Source: Eledone cirrhosa (Eukaryota). Taken from it: 64,000 bases of DNA. This document shows, piece after piece, positions 27,096-38,222 of the stretch. How positions within the stretch are numbered: the stretch's first letter is position 1; every line of letters starts with the position of its first letter. Where the stretch lies: NCBI GenBank assembly GCA_964016885.1, contig OZ024740.1, forward strand, positions 211,544,001 through 211,608,000, read 5' to 3'. The notes beneath the pieces were generated by a model. It saw nothing but the letters and a program-made list of their open reading frames with translations, was not told where the DNA came from and did no database searches. The translations under genes and the position numbers were made by a program.

Positions 27096-27530
27096 TAGTG
27101 AAAGAGTGAAGAATAACATGGTCAACAGTACAAAAAGGGTTTTATTTACAGTATTAACAATTGTTTCATTGATTAGGATGTCTAAAGGTTCCTAATCACT
27201 TGAAGTTGTGTCACTCAACCTTCAATACAGTGTATGCCTAATCAAATCATCGGAATAGTTATTCCGATCATTTGATTAGGCATACACTGATTTGATTAGA
27301 CATCCTAATCAATGAAACAATTGTTAATACTGAAACCAAAACCCTTTTTGTACTGTTGACCATGTTATTCTTCACTCTTTCACTACTATTACTCCAAGAT
27401 TAACCTACATAGGAATTCCCGTGAACTTGCCACCTAACTAAGGAAACCTCTTGTTGAGTCAAACAATGCCGTACATTAAAACTATTCATAATACAGAGTT
27501 CTCACAACCTCTAACTGGATTACATATAAT
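27096..27530. mobile_element. Fold-back non-autonomous PLE-like element (inverted repeat 27096-27385) between (TA)n tracts
   Basis: Arms are reverse complements with apex at ~27258; each arm carries a hammerhead motif pointing outward. Confidence 0.8.
27152..27257 (-). ncRNA. Type I hammerhead-like motif with large stem II (mutated sister copy at 27260-27329, plus)
   Basis: UAUU-CCGAUGA-U-UUGAUUAGG-[insert]-CCUAAUCAA-U-GAAAC-AAUU-GUU-AAUA. Confidence 0.72.
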
Positions 27531-27564
27531 GATAATTTGTTATCCAATATATATATATATATTT

Positions 27565-28090
27565 ATAAATTAATAAAAACAATGAATAAAAACAAAGAAA
27601 CAGTTCCTTATATTAAAAAATTCATCATTTTACGATCGTTTCTAGGATATATATGTGTGTGTTGGTATGTATATCATATAGATCTATGTAAAAATTTTAC
27701 AAACTATCAGAGGAAATATACATACCTACACATATATATGCTGTCTTCAGTAATTATTTCTGTAATTATTTCAGTAATTATTTCTGAAGACAGCATGTAT
27801 ATGTGTAGGTATGTATATTTCCTCTGATAGTTTGTAAAATTTTTACATAGATCTATATGATATACATACCAACACACACATATATATCCTAGAAACGATC
27901 GTAAAATGATGAATTTTTTAATATAAGGAACTGTTTCTTTGTTTTTATTCATTGTTTTTATTAATTTATCTTGACTCTGTTTTCCTGTGATTTTCATTGA
28001 AATATGTTTTGAATATATCTTCTCTTTTCATGATATTTGGATTACATTGAGTTCTTCATACGGATTGGACACTACCGTATATTTATCTAC
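27565..28090. mobile_element. Fold-back element (inverted repeat 27565-27969) between (TA)n tracts
   Basis: ~185-bp arms; apex made of 12-bp C(A/T)GTAATTATTT repeats. Confidence 0.82.
27780..27907 (+). ncRNA. Type I hammerhead ribozyme with ~100-nt stem II domain (mirror copy 27627-27754, minus)
   Basis: AUUU-CUGAAGA-[long imperfect helix incl. GGUAUGUAUA/UAUACAUACC]-GAAAC-GAUC-GUA-AAAU. Confidence 0.72.
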
Positions 28091-28100
28091 ATATATATAT

Positions 28101-28900
28101 ATATAGATAATTTAATATATCAACTAACATAAGCGCACAGATGCACGCCCATGCCAGCAAATACACAGGTTATGTCATAGTACCTAGGTGGTTCAATGCA
28201 GGAGAATGCAGAACAATAATATAAAGGACGTAAAATAAGAAAATATTTTTTAAAAAAAATTAAAAAAAAATTTTTTTCTAAGTAAGAAAAAAATTTTTTT
28301 TTTTTTTAATTTTTTTAAAAAAATATTTTCTTATTTTACGTCCTTTATATTATTGTTCTGCATTCTCCTGCATTGAACCACCTAGGTACTATGACATAAC
28401 CTGTGTATTTGCTGGCATGGGCGTGCATCTGTGCGCTTATGTTAGTTGATATATTAAATTATCTATATTTATCTCCAAATCACTGATTTGTCGAGCAAAC
28501 TTGTCAAAACCACTTCTAAAAAAATTTTTTTGGGGGTGTTAGTAGGCGTCAGTCATCTTACCATCCCATTCCTTCTAACTAGCCTCTGTGTCACGTGATT
28601 GATTCTTTAGAATCGGCCATTTGACTTGAAGCAGTGAGAATTTCGGTACATAGAATCCAGTCCTCGCAAGCTGTTCGATCTACCGAATTATTATTATTTT
28701 TATATGAGCCGCCAGTGTCCGCGCATTGCCTGGAGACTTAACTGAGAATAGACTCCCTGATGACGCAATGAATTCTCGACAGTTGGATTACGTAACTGTC
28801 TTTATCCCATTGCAGAAACTAATTAGTTGGAGTGAAAATTTAAGTAAGAAAAAAATTTTTTTTTTAATTTTTTTAAAAAAATATTTTCTTATTTTACGTC

Positions 28901-28910
<10 letters not shown>
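28101..28910 (+). mobile_element. Hammerhead-bearing non-coding retroelement: inverted 5' arm, ~562-bp unit, ~70-bp terminal direct repeat
   Basis: 28101-28278 is the reverse complement of ~28284-28468; TAAGTAAGAAAAAAATTTT..TTACGTCCTTTATAT occurs at 28279 and 28841. Confidence 0.82.
28752..28833 (+). ncRNA. Type I hammerhead ribozyme
   Basis: ACUCC-CUGAUGA-C-GCAAUG-[GACAGUU/AACUGUC hairpin]-CAUUGC-A-GAAAC-UAAUUA-GUU-GGAGU. Confidence 0.87.
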
Positions 28911-28974
<64 letters not shown>

Positions 28975-29173
28975 GTACATACATATATGTATACAGACGT
29001 ACAGTAGTATGTATATATATATATACATACATGCACACACATATATATATATGTACGTATGGATTCACCGAACATTTATTATAATGCTCGGTGTGTTTGT
29101 AAACAAACATCCCGTATTAAGCCGTAGTGTCTAGCAACCATCGTTGCTCGTTTGTTCAACACTGACAAAGGAA

Positions 29174-29214
29174 CGCTGTACTAGTTTCAAGCTTATTAGC
29201 TATCGTCAGCAACG
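29174..29214 (-). ncRNA. Minimal type I hammerhead ribozyme
   Basis: CGUUG-CUGACGA-U-AGCU-AAUA-AGCU-U-GAAAC-UA-GUA-CAGCG; host segment ends in an inverted repeat at 29326-29425. Confidence 0.85.
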
Positions 29215-29536
29215 TATACCTTCCTGCCAGATTGTTGAACGTATATACTTACCTTATGCATATTAACGGCTGAGTAGCCCAATTTGCATATCGAGTGGGT
29301 TAATCAGCTGGGTGCACCGAAAACGATAAACGGAAAAAATGAAACGAAATTTCATTCCCCACTCTTTTAAGTAACAGCCGTACTAAGTGTGGGAAATGAA
29401 ATTTCGTTTCATTTTTTCCGTTTATATATATATAAACATATATATATATATATATACAAGGGTGCTTCAAAAAGTTCGTGGAAAAAGGACAATTGCAAAA
29501 AACGATTTAAGTTATGATGTTTATTTTTCAACATAT

Positions 29537-29721
29537 ATATATAAAGTGAGAGAACGCGGAGACACAGAGGAAGAAAGAAAAACTCATACATACATAGTGT
29601 AGGTATATCAATATATATAAAATCTTTTGCTATTATATCAAGCGTTAAACTAATGTCTATCTTCATCATGTTGTACTGTTTTGCTGTGTTGTCTTCCGTT
29701 TACTTTTCACGCACACACACA

Positions 29722-29781
<60 letters not shown>

Positions 29782-29820
29782 AAATATATATATATATATA
29801 CAAAAACAAAGTATATATAT

Positions 29821-29914
<94 letters not shown>

Positions 29915-30406
29915 ATATGTATATATATACTTTGTTTTTGTATTTGTTTTGCAAGATTTCTTATCTGAAAGCGTGTGTTGAAACAGATATTGTTATACTT
30001 TGGGAGGGTCATGCTGCCAATAAAAACACATGCACCTGTTGCTTTTCATTTCAATTTATTACAAATTTCCAGTTAGTTGGTTTAATAACCAGATGGTTGT
30101 GTATTTATTGTCAAAGATCTTGTGTCACACATTCTGTGACTAATTTGTTATTTGTGTCTCCCCTTTGTTCTGTCCTACATTATCAAGATGTGTGACAAAA
30201 GAGCTTTGGCAATAAATAAATAAACATCCGGTTATTGAAACAACCAACGAACTGGAAATTTGTAATAAATTGAAATGAAAAGCAACAGGTGCATGTGTTT
30301 TTATTGGCAGCATGACCCTCCCAAAATATAACAATATCTGTTTCAACACACGCTTTCAGATAAAAATCTTGCAAAACAAATACAAAAACAAAGTATATAT
30401 ATACAT

Positions 30407-30475
<69 letters not shown>

Positions 30476-30649
30476 TATGTGCGTGTGTGAAAAGTAAACG
30501 GAAGACAACACAGCAAAACAGTACAACATGATGAAGATAGACATTAGTTTAACGCTTGATATAATAGCAAAAGATTTTATATATATTGATATACATACAC
30601 TATGTATGTATGAGTTTTTCTTTCTTCCTCTGTGTCTCCGCCTTCTCTC

Positions 30650-30660
<11 letters not shown>
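29537..30660. repeat. ~1.1-kb imperfect palindrome containing PLE 3' UTR sequence and internal microsatellites
   Basis: Arms start ATAAAGTGAGAGAA and end TTCTCTCACTTTAT; 29935-30180 is homologous to the PLE terminus at 36932-37220. Confidence 0.9.
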
Positions 30661-30708
<48 letters not shown>

Positions 30709-31009
30709 AGTGAGGGAGAGAGAGAGGAGGGAATGAAGAAAGGAGGGTGGTATGAAGAAGGATATATGAGAATTCTAGGAGATAGAAAGAATATTTGTCT
30801 TTTAAAAAGTAAAAAAAAGTATAAAGACAACAGCCAAAACAACAACAGTAGTAGTAGTGGTGGTGGTGCTAGTAGTAGTAGTAGTAGTAGTAGTAGCAGT
30901 AGTAGTAGTAGTAAAAACAACATAAATGTGTGGGAAGAAGGACATTGAAAGGAGAGAAGAGTGCGATGTTACGGAATGAGAGAAAACTGCAACGGAAGAA
31001 AAATGAGTA

Positions 31010-31330
31010 ATAATAATAATTTCGTTTATTGGCCACAAGGGCCGACATGTAGGGGACAATACAAATAATAATAATAATGATTTCTTTATTAGCCACACAG
31101 GGCTGACATTAAGGAAACATTAAAGAAGGTACAGGACGATACAGTGTGGGTATTGTATACAATAACATTTATAAACAACGACTAAGAAAATAAAATATTT
31201 AAAACAAACAAAAAATTCTCCAAAGCTGAGGAGGATAATAATAATTATTATTTCTACTTTAGGTACAAGGCCAGCTATTTGAAGGGGAGGGTAAAGTAGA
31301 TTAATTCGACTCAGTGTATTACTGGTACTA
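31010..31330 (-). mobile_element. Two very short Tx1 3'-end stubs and a SINE 3' stub, each with a (TTA)n tail
   Basis: TTTATTGGCCACAAGGGCCGACATGTAGG matches the Tx1 3' end at 2166; TTTCTACTTTAGGTACAAGGCCAGC matches the SINE end. Confidence 0.7.
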
Positions 31331-31879
31331 TTTTTTCATCGAATAATATACAACTAGCTTGTTTTCTGTCGTATAGTACATGCAGCTGAGAAGCGGTAAG
31401 AAGAAGAATCTGGCATCGATCCAGGATCGCTCAATTGGTATATATATGACTATAAATAGCTTGGCCAACCTTAAAGCTGTTATCTTTCGAAATGCCTCGA
31501 CACGTGATTTAACGATCATGTTTTCATACAGGTGCAAAAGCGATAACAATATGAATGGTGCTTGTGAACTGAGACACATCCTTCACCACTGACAGGAATC
31601 CATATCAACAAATAAACAAAACCATCATTTTCCACTAGTTTATCATTATTATATTATATTATATATATCATATTATATTATATTATATATATTAGTAGAA
31701 ACAATTATATATATTATATTATATACATATTATATTACATTGCAGAGGTTAACTTTGCCTTTCATCCTTACGGGGTCGATAAAATAAAGTACCAGTAATG
31801 TACTGGCTTATTGCTGGCCTTGTGCCTAACGTAGAAACAATTATATTATATTATATTATATTATATAATTATTTTATTA

Positions 31880-32920
31880 TTTCGTTTCTGAATTTGTTTA
31901 GCAAGATTCTTTATCTGAAAACGTGTGTTGAAACCGATATTGTTATACTTTGGGAAGGTCGTGTGCCAATAAGAAACACACGCACTAGGAGCTTTCACTC
32001 CAATTTATTATAAATTTAAAATTTTTTTATAAATTTCCGGTTGGTTGGTTGTGTGTGTTTTGTGCTTAGTTTGCGCATGTGTTACATCCGGGTGTCTGTG
32101 TATGTTTTTACTTGTTTATTTATTTGTTTATTTACATGTTACTAGTTGGTTGTTTCTCTATGTGTGTGTGTTTTCATTTTGTCCTTAATTGTAAGTTGTG
32201 ATGCTGTTATTCCATTCATGTTTTCTATTTAATTTGGGTTGGAGTTCATTTATGTTTATTGCCTCTGTGATTTGTCTAAACATTGCGTCTTTTCTGTGTG
32301 TAGATTCTATTTTTATTTCTATGTTCTCTAATTTGCACTTATGTTCTATTTTAGCATGTTGGTGGAGTACAGATGATTCTTTACTATCTTGAAGGTCTCG
32401 CCAGTGTTCATTTAATCGTTCTCCTATACTACGAGCTGTCTCACCTATGTACACTATATTCTTATCTTTACATTGTCCCTCAGTACATCTTATGCTATAT
32501 ACTATGTTTCTAGTTTTGCAGTTAATATGGGGGCTTAGTTTACAGATTATGCATTTCTTATCTATACAGGGAGGTCTTTGAAAAGGGTATGTATTACTAA
32601 TAAATATTTTTATGGAGGTACCTGGTCTTTCCACTATCTTAATATTTAGTTTAAGTTTATCTAGGGCCCTTCCAGGGCGTAGGACAGAACAAAGGAGAGG
32701 CACAAAACAAAGAAAAGAATCCCCAGTCACTGATGATGTCACAGAATGTGTGACGAAAGAACTTTGACAATATATGAACAACCGTCCGGTTATGGAACCA
32801 ACCAACCGGAAATTTATAAATTCTTAAATTTATAAATTTAATTTATAATAAATTGGAGTGAAAGCAACTGGTGCGTGTGTTTCTTATTGGCAACATGACC
32901 CTCCCAAAGTATAACAATAT
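31880..32920 (-). mobile_element. Penelope-like element (Naiad-like) 3' fragment: GIY-YIG domain plus 3' UTR, with an inverted terminal copy (32675-32920) at the 5' truncation
   Basis: CIICKL..CKTRNIVYSIRC..VYIGETARSIGERLNEH..RQITEA..LNRKHEW; 32800-32920 is the reverse complement of 31935-32050. Confidence 0.88.
32726..32768 (+). ncRNA. Type I hammerhead ribozyme in the inverted PLE terminus
   Basis: GUCA-CUGAUGA-U-GUCACA-GAAUG-UGUGAC-GAAAG-AA-CUU-UGAC. Confidence 0.83.
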
Positions 32921-33823
32921 TTTATTATTATTTTATCATTATTATATTTGAGTGTAGTTTAGTTTAGTTTAGTTTGTTTTCATGTGCATCATCTAAAGCT
33001 CTCTAAACACCTTATATTCCTGTTGTGATTAGTTACGATATCTTTCTTGTTATTGTTTTAATTAAGAGAGAGAGGGAAGCAAAGAGATAGATAGACATAC
33101 AGAGGGATAGGGGGAAGAGAGAGAGGGGGTGTGGGGAGATAGAAAGAGAGGGAAGATAGATAGACAGAGGGGGGAGAGAGAAAGAGAAAAGTGAAAGAGA
33201 AAGAGAAAAGTGAAAGAGAAAGAGATGAAAGATAGATAGACAGAAAGCGAGAGATGAGAGATAGATAGACAGAAAGAAAGAGATAGGTAGATATAGATAG
33301 AGAGAAAGAGTGAGAGAGAGGGAGAAAGAAATAGAGAAAGCGAGAGAAAGGAAGAGAGAGAGAGTAAGAAAAAGAGAGTGAGAGAGAGATGGAGAGAGAA
33401 AGAAAGAGAGAGAGAGAGAGGCAGTAATAAATACTTGCAACTAAAAAGAGAAGTGTGGTGAATTTCGGTGTCTGACGCACAGCATAAACAGGAACATGAG
33501 AAGTTGTTAGAATAAAATGCATAAATATAATTGCCACCCTACACCACCGCCCTCCACCCTACCCCATCATACTACACCACACCATACTCCACCCTACCCC
33601 CACCATTTTCCACCCTCCACCCACCCACTCCGCCATACTCCAGCCTCCACCCTACCCTACCATTCACCACCCTCACCCGCCATCCTCCACCCTACCCCAC
33701 CATTCTCCACCCCACCCCTCCATACTCCACCTCCTCCCGCCGCCGCCGCCGCCATTACCCTCCTCACAACTATAATATAACACTAATCACATAAAAACAA
33801 ATGTTGGCTAAGTTCTTCTCGAT

Positions 33824-34130
33824 GTGATCAGAGCCGCCTCAGATTCTCTATTGTACGGTAGCTAAGCTACTCACTCTCTCTTCATTTCTGTTGTTGTTGT
33901 TGTTGTTGTTGTAGCCCTTGGTCGTGATCAGAGCTGCCTCAGATTCTCTATTGTACGGTAGCTAAGCTACTCACTCTCTCTTCATTTCTGTTGTTGTGGT
34001 TGTTGTTGTGGTTGTTGTTGTTGTAGCCCTTGGTCGTGATCAGAGCCGCCTCAGATTCTCTATTGTACGGTAGCTAAGCTACTCACTCTCTCTTCATTTC
34101 TGTTGTTGTTGTTGTTGTTGTTGTTGTTGC
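33824..34130. repeat. Three tandem ~100-112-bp units each ending in (GTT)n
   Basis: GTGATCAGAGCCGCCTCAGATTCTCTATTGTACGG at 33824, 33924, 34036. Confidence 0.9.
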
Positions 34131-35451
34131 AGTTGGTCAAGACACGGACATGATAATTTCCGTTTTAGACTTCTTCATTTTGAAGTCAACAGAACTGACC
34201 AACGGCCATTTCGGATCTGCGAACCTCAAACGAGAAGTATCATGCAAAAAAGGGTCCCAAAACGGGGAGAAATGAAGCCAAATGGGGAGATTTTACATAA
34301 TGATTTCTACTATAGGCACAAGGCCAGCAATTTTGGGGAAGGGGAACGTTTATTAAATAGATCCCTAGTGCATTACTGGTACTTTATTTTATCGCCCCCG
34401 TAAGTATGAAAGGCAAAGTTAACTTCGGCGGGATTTGAACTCTGAACGTAAAGGGCCGTAATGAAAGCTATACCCATTTTCACAAGAGAAGACATCTCCC
34501 ACCCACCCAAAGTGTGTGTGTGTGGGGGGTGGGGGGGATGTCCCCATCGGACGGGGAGAGTGGACATGTATGGTCGTAAGGTCGGTCGCTGATGTTTAAG
34601 TCTATTCATCGTGTAAAAATGAGTTGTACCAGTGTCACGGCTGAATCTCTGAGAGATCTACGTTAACGGTGCACCTGACCGTAGAATGCTCAGCCACTTA
34701 CACGTTCGTTTGGCGAGCTGAAAATTCCGTTGATTGAATCAACTAGAGCACCTGTTGTAGGAAACAACACGGCAATTGACGACATAAGGACATAGTGGTG
34801 GTGAGGTGGTGGTGGTGGTGGTGTTGGTGGTTGTGATAGTGGTAGTAGTAGTAGTGTTGGTGGTCAAGTTTGCAATTTTCACAGTTAAAAATTGCAAACT
34901 TGACTGTCACCACAGAATATGAACCTGAAGATTGCGAAAGCATGTAAGTACTTGTTCAATTAACACTTAACATTTAATATTCTACCATACTATTTCATTC
35001 TAATACCATTATAAATTTTAAAGGATTGTAAATAAAACGAGTAAATCAGACAAAGTTGGAATTCCTTTATATACACAACCTCCAGAATCCACACGCCACC
35101 TCCCCCACCCTGACCCCTCTCCTTCCACACGCACGCACACACCTTTTCCTGAACATGGAACCTCGTTTTTCCTCAAACTCTCACATACACACGCACACAC
35201 ACCCACGTACACCTACACACATACACAAACACCACCTTCAGCCTTCCTCGCTTCGACCCCCCGCCTCCCTCTCCCAACTCCACCCGCCACCACCCTTACA
35301 CGCCTTACACCCTTCCACCACTTGTTCATCTTATTGTTAATACTTATGTTTATTTTTACGTTTATTTTTATTTTTATTTTTATTTGTTCTCCCCCCCCCC
35401 CCCTTTTCTAAATGTATTTCCACACACCCTCTGAACTCTCTTCCTAACCTA

Positions 35452-35493
35452 TTTACTCCCGGAGAAGGGCTTAAGCCCGAAACGTCGCGTGAA
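35452..35493 (+). ncRNA. Minimal hammerhead-like motif, core variant
   Basis: UUUACUC-CCGGAGA-A-GGGC-UUAA-GCCC-GAAAC-GUC-GCGUGAA, followed by AATAAA. Confidence 0.62.
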
Positions 35494-35843
35494 CCTAATA
35501 AACCTTTATTTGTCTGCCTCTCTGTTTTGTTCCCGTATAAGTTTGCACTATATATATATATATAAAGGTTACATAAAATACACACACACTCACATATATA
35601 TATATATATGTATGCTTACGCACGTACTCAAGTATAGCTCTTTTTACAAAACGTTTTTTTTTTCCATTTCAGGTAAACGCGCGCCATCATCCACTTTTCT
35701 AAAAAAACAAATCGTACACAAAACGCCAGCACCAACAATTTTGCAAGAGATGTCAACACGAATGGACCTATTATTTTTATCTAAAGACATTTTTTCCAAT
35801 TCCATCCCGCTCGTCCCCTTAATCTATTTTATTTCTCATTCTT

Positions 35844-35879
35844 TCTTCTGATGAAAGACTAGCGTCCGAAACGTTAAGA
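35844..35879 (+). ncRNA. Minimal hammerhead ribozyme in a solo PLE terminus (same family as 14424)
   Basis: UCUU-CUGAUGA-AA-GAC-UAGC-GUC-C-GAAAC-GUU-AAGA; flanks nearly identical to 14390-14550. Confidence 0.8.
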
Positions 35880-35963
35880 CCCTCTTCCTGCTATATCAAG
35901 CGTTAACCTAATATATAACTTCCATATACTGTACCGATTGTGTTGTTATTTCTGTTTACCTTT

Positions 35964-36027
<64 letters not shown>

Positions 36028-36028
36028 A

Positions 36029-36660
36029 TGGCTAGTAGACCACTGATGATGGATAGTCCTGGCTTCTATTTCTAATTCTTTATTATATATATCATATTTG
36101 CAACAACACAGCTCGGCATTTTTCATTCATATATGCTTTCCCCTTCGCTGTGACCTGTCTTTTTCTCTTCCCTTACTGCTATCCTCTTTCTCTCTCCCCC
36201 TTCTCTTTCCTTCTCCCTCTTACTTTCACTCACCCCCTCTGCTAGTAACCCTCTCTCGGCTAGCCTCTTCCTCACACTTTCACTCACTCACTCTCTGCTA
36301 CTCACCCTCTCTCTCACTTCCTCCATCGTCCCACACAGTACGAAATTCTTTCCTCGCTCACATTCGCACGGCCAAGATGTGTCTTTGCCTTCTCGTCAAT
36401 ATTCGCAAGTTCTTATGTTCGAAATGAATCACTGACTTGATTTTCTCATTGTTTCTTCTCTTTACGTTGCCTCACCATTCGTGTTTGTTTACCTGTCTCT
36501 CTTTCTCCACCCAACTCTTTTTATCCCAATAACTTAATTTAGTTATTGTATTGCCCTAGCCGGAGGTACATGGTCTATAATGCGAAGAAATACCTATGCT
36601 GGCTAGTAGACCACTGATGATGGATAGTCCTGGCTTCTATTTCTAATTCTTTATTATATA
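36029..36660 (+). mobile_element. 571-bp non-coding unit with ~60-bp terminal direct repeat carrying half a hammerhead, between (TA)n tracts
   Basis: TGGCTAGTAGACCACTGATGATGGATAGTCCTGGCTTC.. at 36029 and 36600. Confidence 0.65.
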
Positions 36661-36675
36661 TATATATATATATTG

Positions 36676-36877
36676 GTTTTAATATACATGAGATTCTACA
36701 GGACTAGAACTGTTTCATTCTTTAGAAATCATCAGGAATCGAGATTCCTAATGATTTCTAAAGAATGAAACAGTTCTAGTCCTGTAGAATCTCATCTATA
36801 TTAAAACTTTTATACTCTGCAATGTATTGAGTACCTTACTTACTGTGGTTACCTCCGATTCAACCCGGAATAACGTA

Positions 36878-36880
<3 letters not shown>
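36676..36880. mobile_element. Fold-back element with back-to-back hammerheads (intact on minus 36691-36741; G5A copy on plus)
   Basis: GAUUC-CUGAUGA-U-UUCU-AA-AGAA-U-GAAACAG-UUCUAGUC-CUGUA-GAAUC; same family as 55880-56075. Confidence 0.83.
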
Positions 36881-36937
<57 letters not shown>

Positions 36938-37127
36938 TAGCAAGATTCTTTATCTGAAAACGTGTGTTGAAACCGATATTGTTATGCTTTGGGGGGGTCA
37001 TGTTGCCAATGAGAAACACACGCACCAGTTGCTTTCACTCCAATTTATTATAAATTAAATTTATAAATTTAAGAATTTATAAATTTCCGGTTGGTTGGTT
37101 CCATAACCGGACGGTTGTTCATATATT

Positions 37128-37170
37128 GTCAAAGTTCTTTCGTCACACATTATGTGACCTCTTCAGTGAC
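37128..37170 (-). ncRNA. Type I hammerhead ribozyme in PLE 3' UTR (sense to ORF)
   Basis: GUCA-CUGAAGA-G-GUCACA-UAAUG-UGUGAC-GAAAG-AA-CUU-UGAC. Confidence 0.83.
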
Positions 37171-38034
37171 TGGGGATTCTTTTCTTTGTTTTTGTGCCTC
37201 TCCTTTGTTCTGTCCTACGCCATCTTGTTTTTGTGTGTGTTGTGTGCTTAGTTTGCGCATGTGTTACATCCGGGCGTCTGTGTGTGTTTATATTTGTTTA
37301 TTTATTTGTTTATTTACATGTTACTAGTTGGTTGTTTGTTCTATGTGTGTGTGTGTTTTCATTTTGTCCTTAATTGTAAGTTGTGATTTTGCTATTCCAT
37401 TCATGTTTTCTATTTAATTTTGGTTGGAGTTCATTTATGTTTATTGCCTCTGTGATTTGTCTAAACATTGCGTCTTTTCTGTGTGTAGATTCTATTTTTA
37501 TTTCTATGTTCTCTAATTTACCCTTATGTTCTATTTTACCATGTTGGTGGAGTACAGATGGTTCTTTTTTTCTTGAAGTTCTCGCCAGTGTTCATTTAAT
37601 CGTTCTCCTATACTACGAGCTGTCTCACCTATGTACACTATATTCTTATCTTTACATTGTCCTTCAGTACATCTTATGCTATATACTACATTTCTAGTTT
37701 TACAGTTAATATGGGGGCTTAGTTTACAGATTATATATTTCTTATCTATACAGGGAGGTCTTTGAAAAGGGTATGTATTGCTAATAAGTGTTTTTATGGA
37801 GTTACCTGGTCTTTCTACTATCTTAATATTAAGTTTATGTTTATCTAGGGCCCTTCTAAATTTGTAAGCTAATTCACCTCTACGGGTTGTATTGATGAAC
37901 ATTACACTCTGGTATTTATTGCTATCATACCATGAGTTTATTCTATTAACCTTATTCCTAGTTCTTTATATTCTATTCCAAAATTTGCTCCTATACAAGG
38001 GGCAGGTCCCATTTGTATCATTATTTACCACCAA

Positions 38035-38222
38035 GGGTGGTGGATTGGCAGTATTGGTAGAGAGTCGGACGCCATGCTTTGACGCATAGAGTTACGGCCC
38101 TTGCTATTCTGAGTTCAAATCCCGTCGAGGTTAACTTTGCCTTTCATCCTTACGGGGTCGATAAAATAAAGTACCAGTATTACACTGGGTAATTGCTGGC
38201 CTTGTGCCTAACGTAGAAACAA
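38035..38222 (+). mobile_element. Full-length dominant tRNA-derived SINE inserted in the PLE
   Basis: TGGCAGTATTGG (A box), GAGTTCAAATC (B box), core, GGCCTTGTGCC..GTAGAAAC end. Confidence 0.9.

Noticed and set aside
27096-28468. Palindromes as MITEs with TA target duplication, or as assembly artefacts
   Set aside because: Arms are asymmetric (one continues beyond the inverted part), apexes differ among copies of a family, arms differ by substitutions, and ribozyme motifs sit near the apex. An artefact is not fully excluded without reads.
29456-29535. Mariner-like TIR fragment (TACAAGGGTGCTTCAAAAAG)
   Set aside because: A single ~80-bp end with no partner TIR or coding sequence; too little to call.
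32185-32670. Selenocysteine recoding in the Naiad-like PLE
   Set aside because: All visible zinc-finger positions are ordinary Cys codons and no SECIS could be identified.
38035-38130. tRNA gene
   Set aside because: A and B boxes are present but there is no cloverleaf or terminator; it is the head of a multi-copy SINE.
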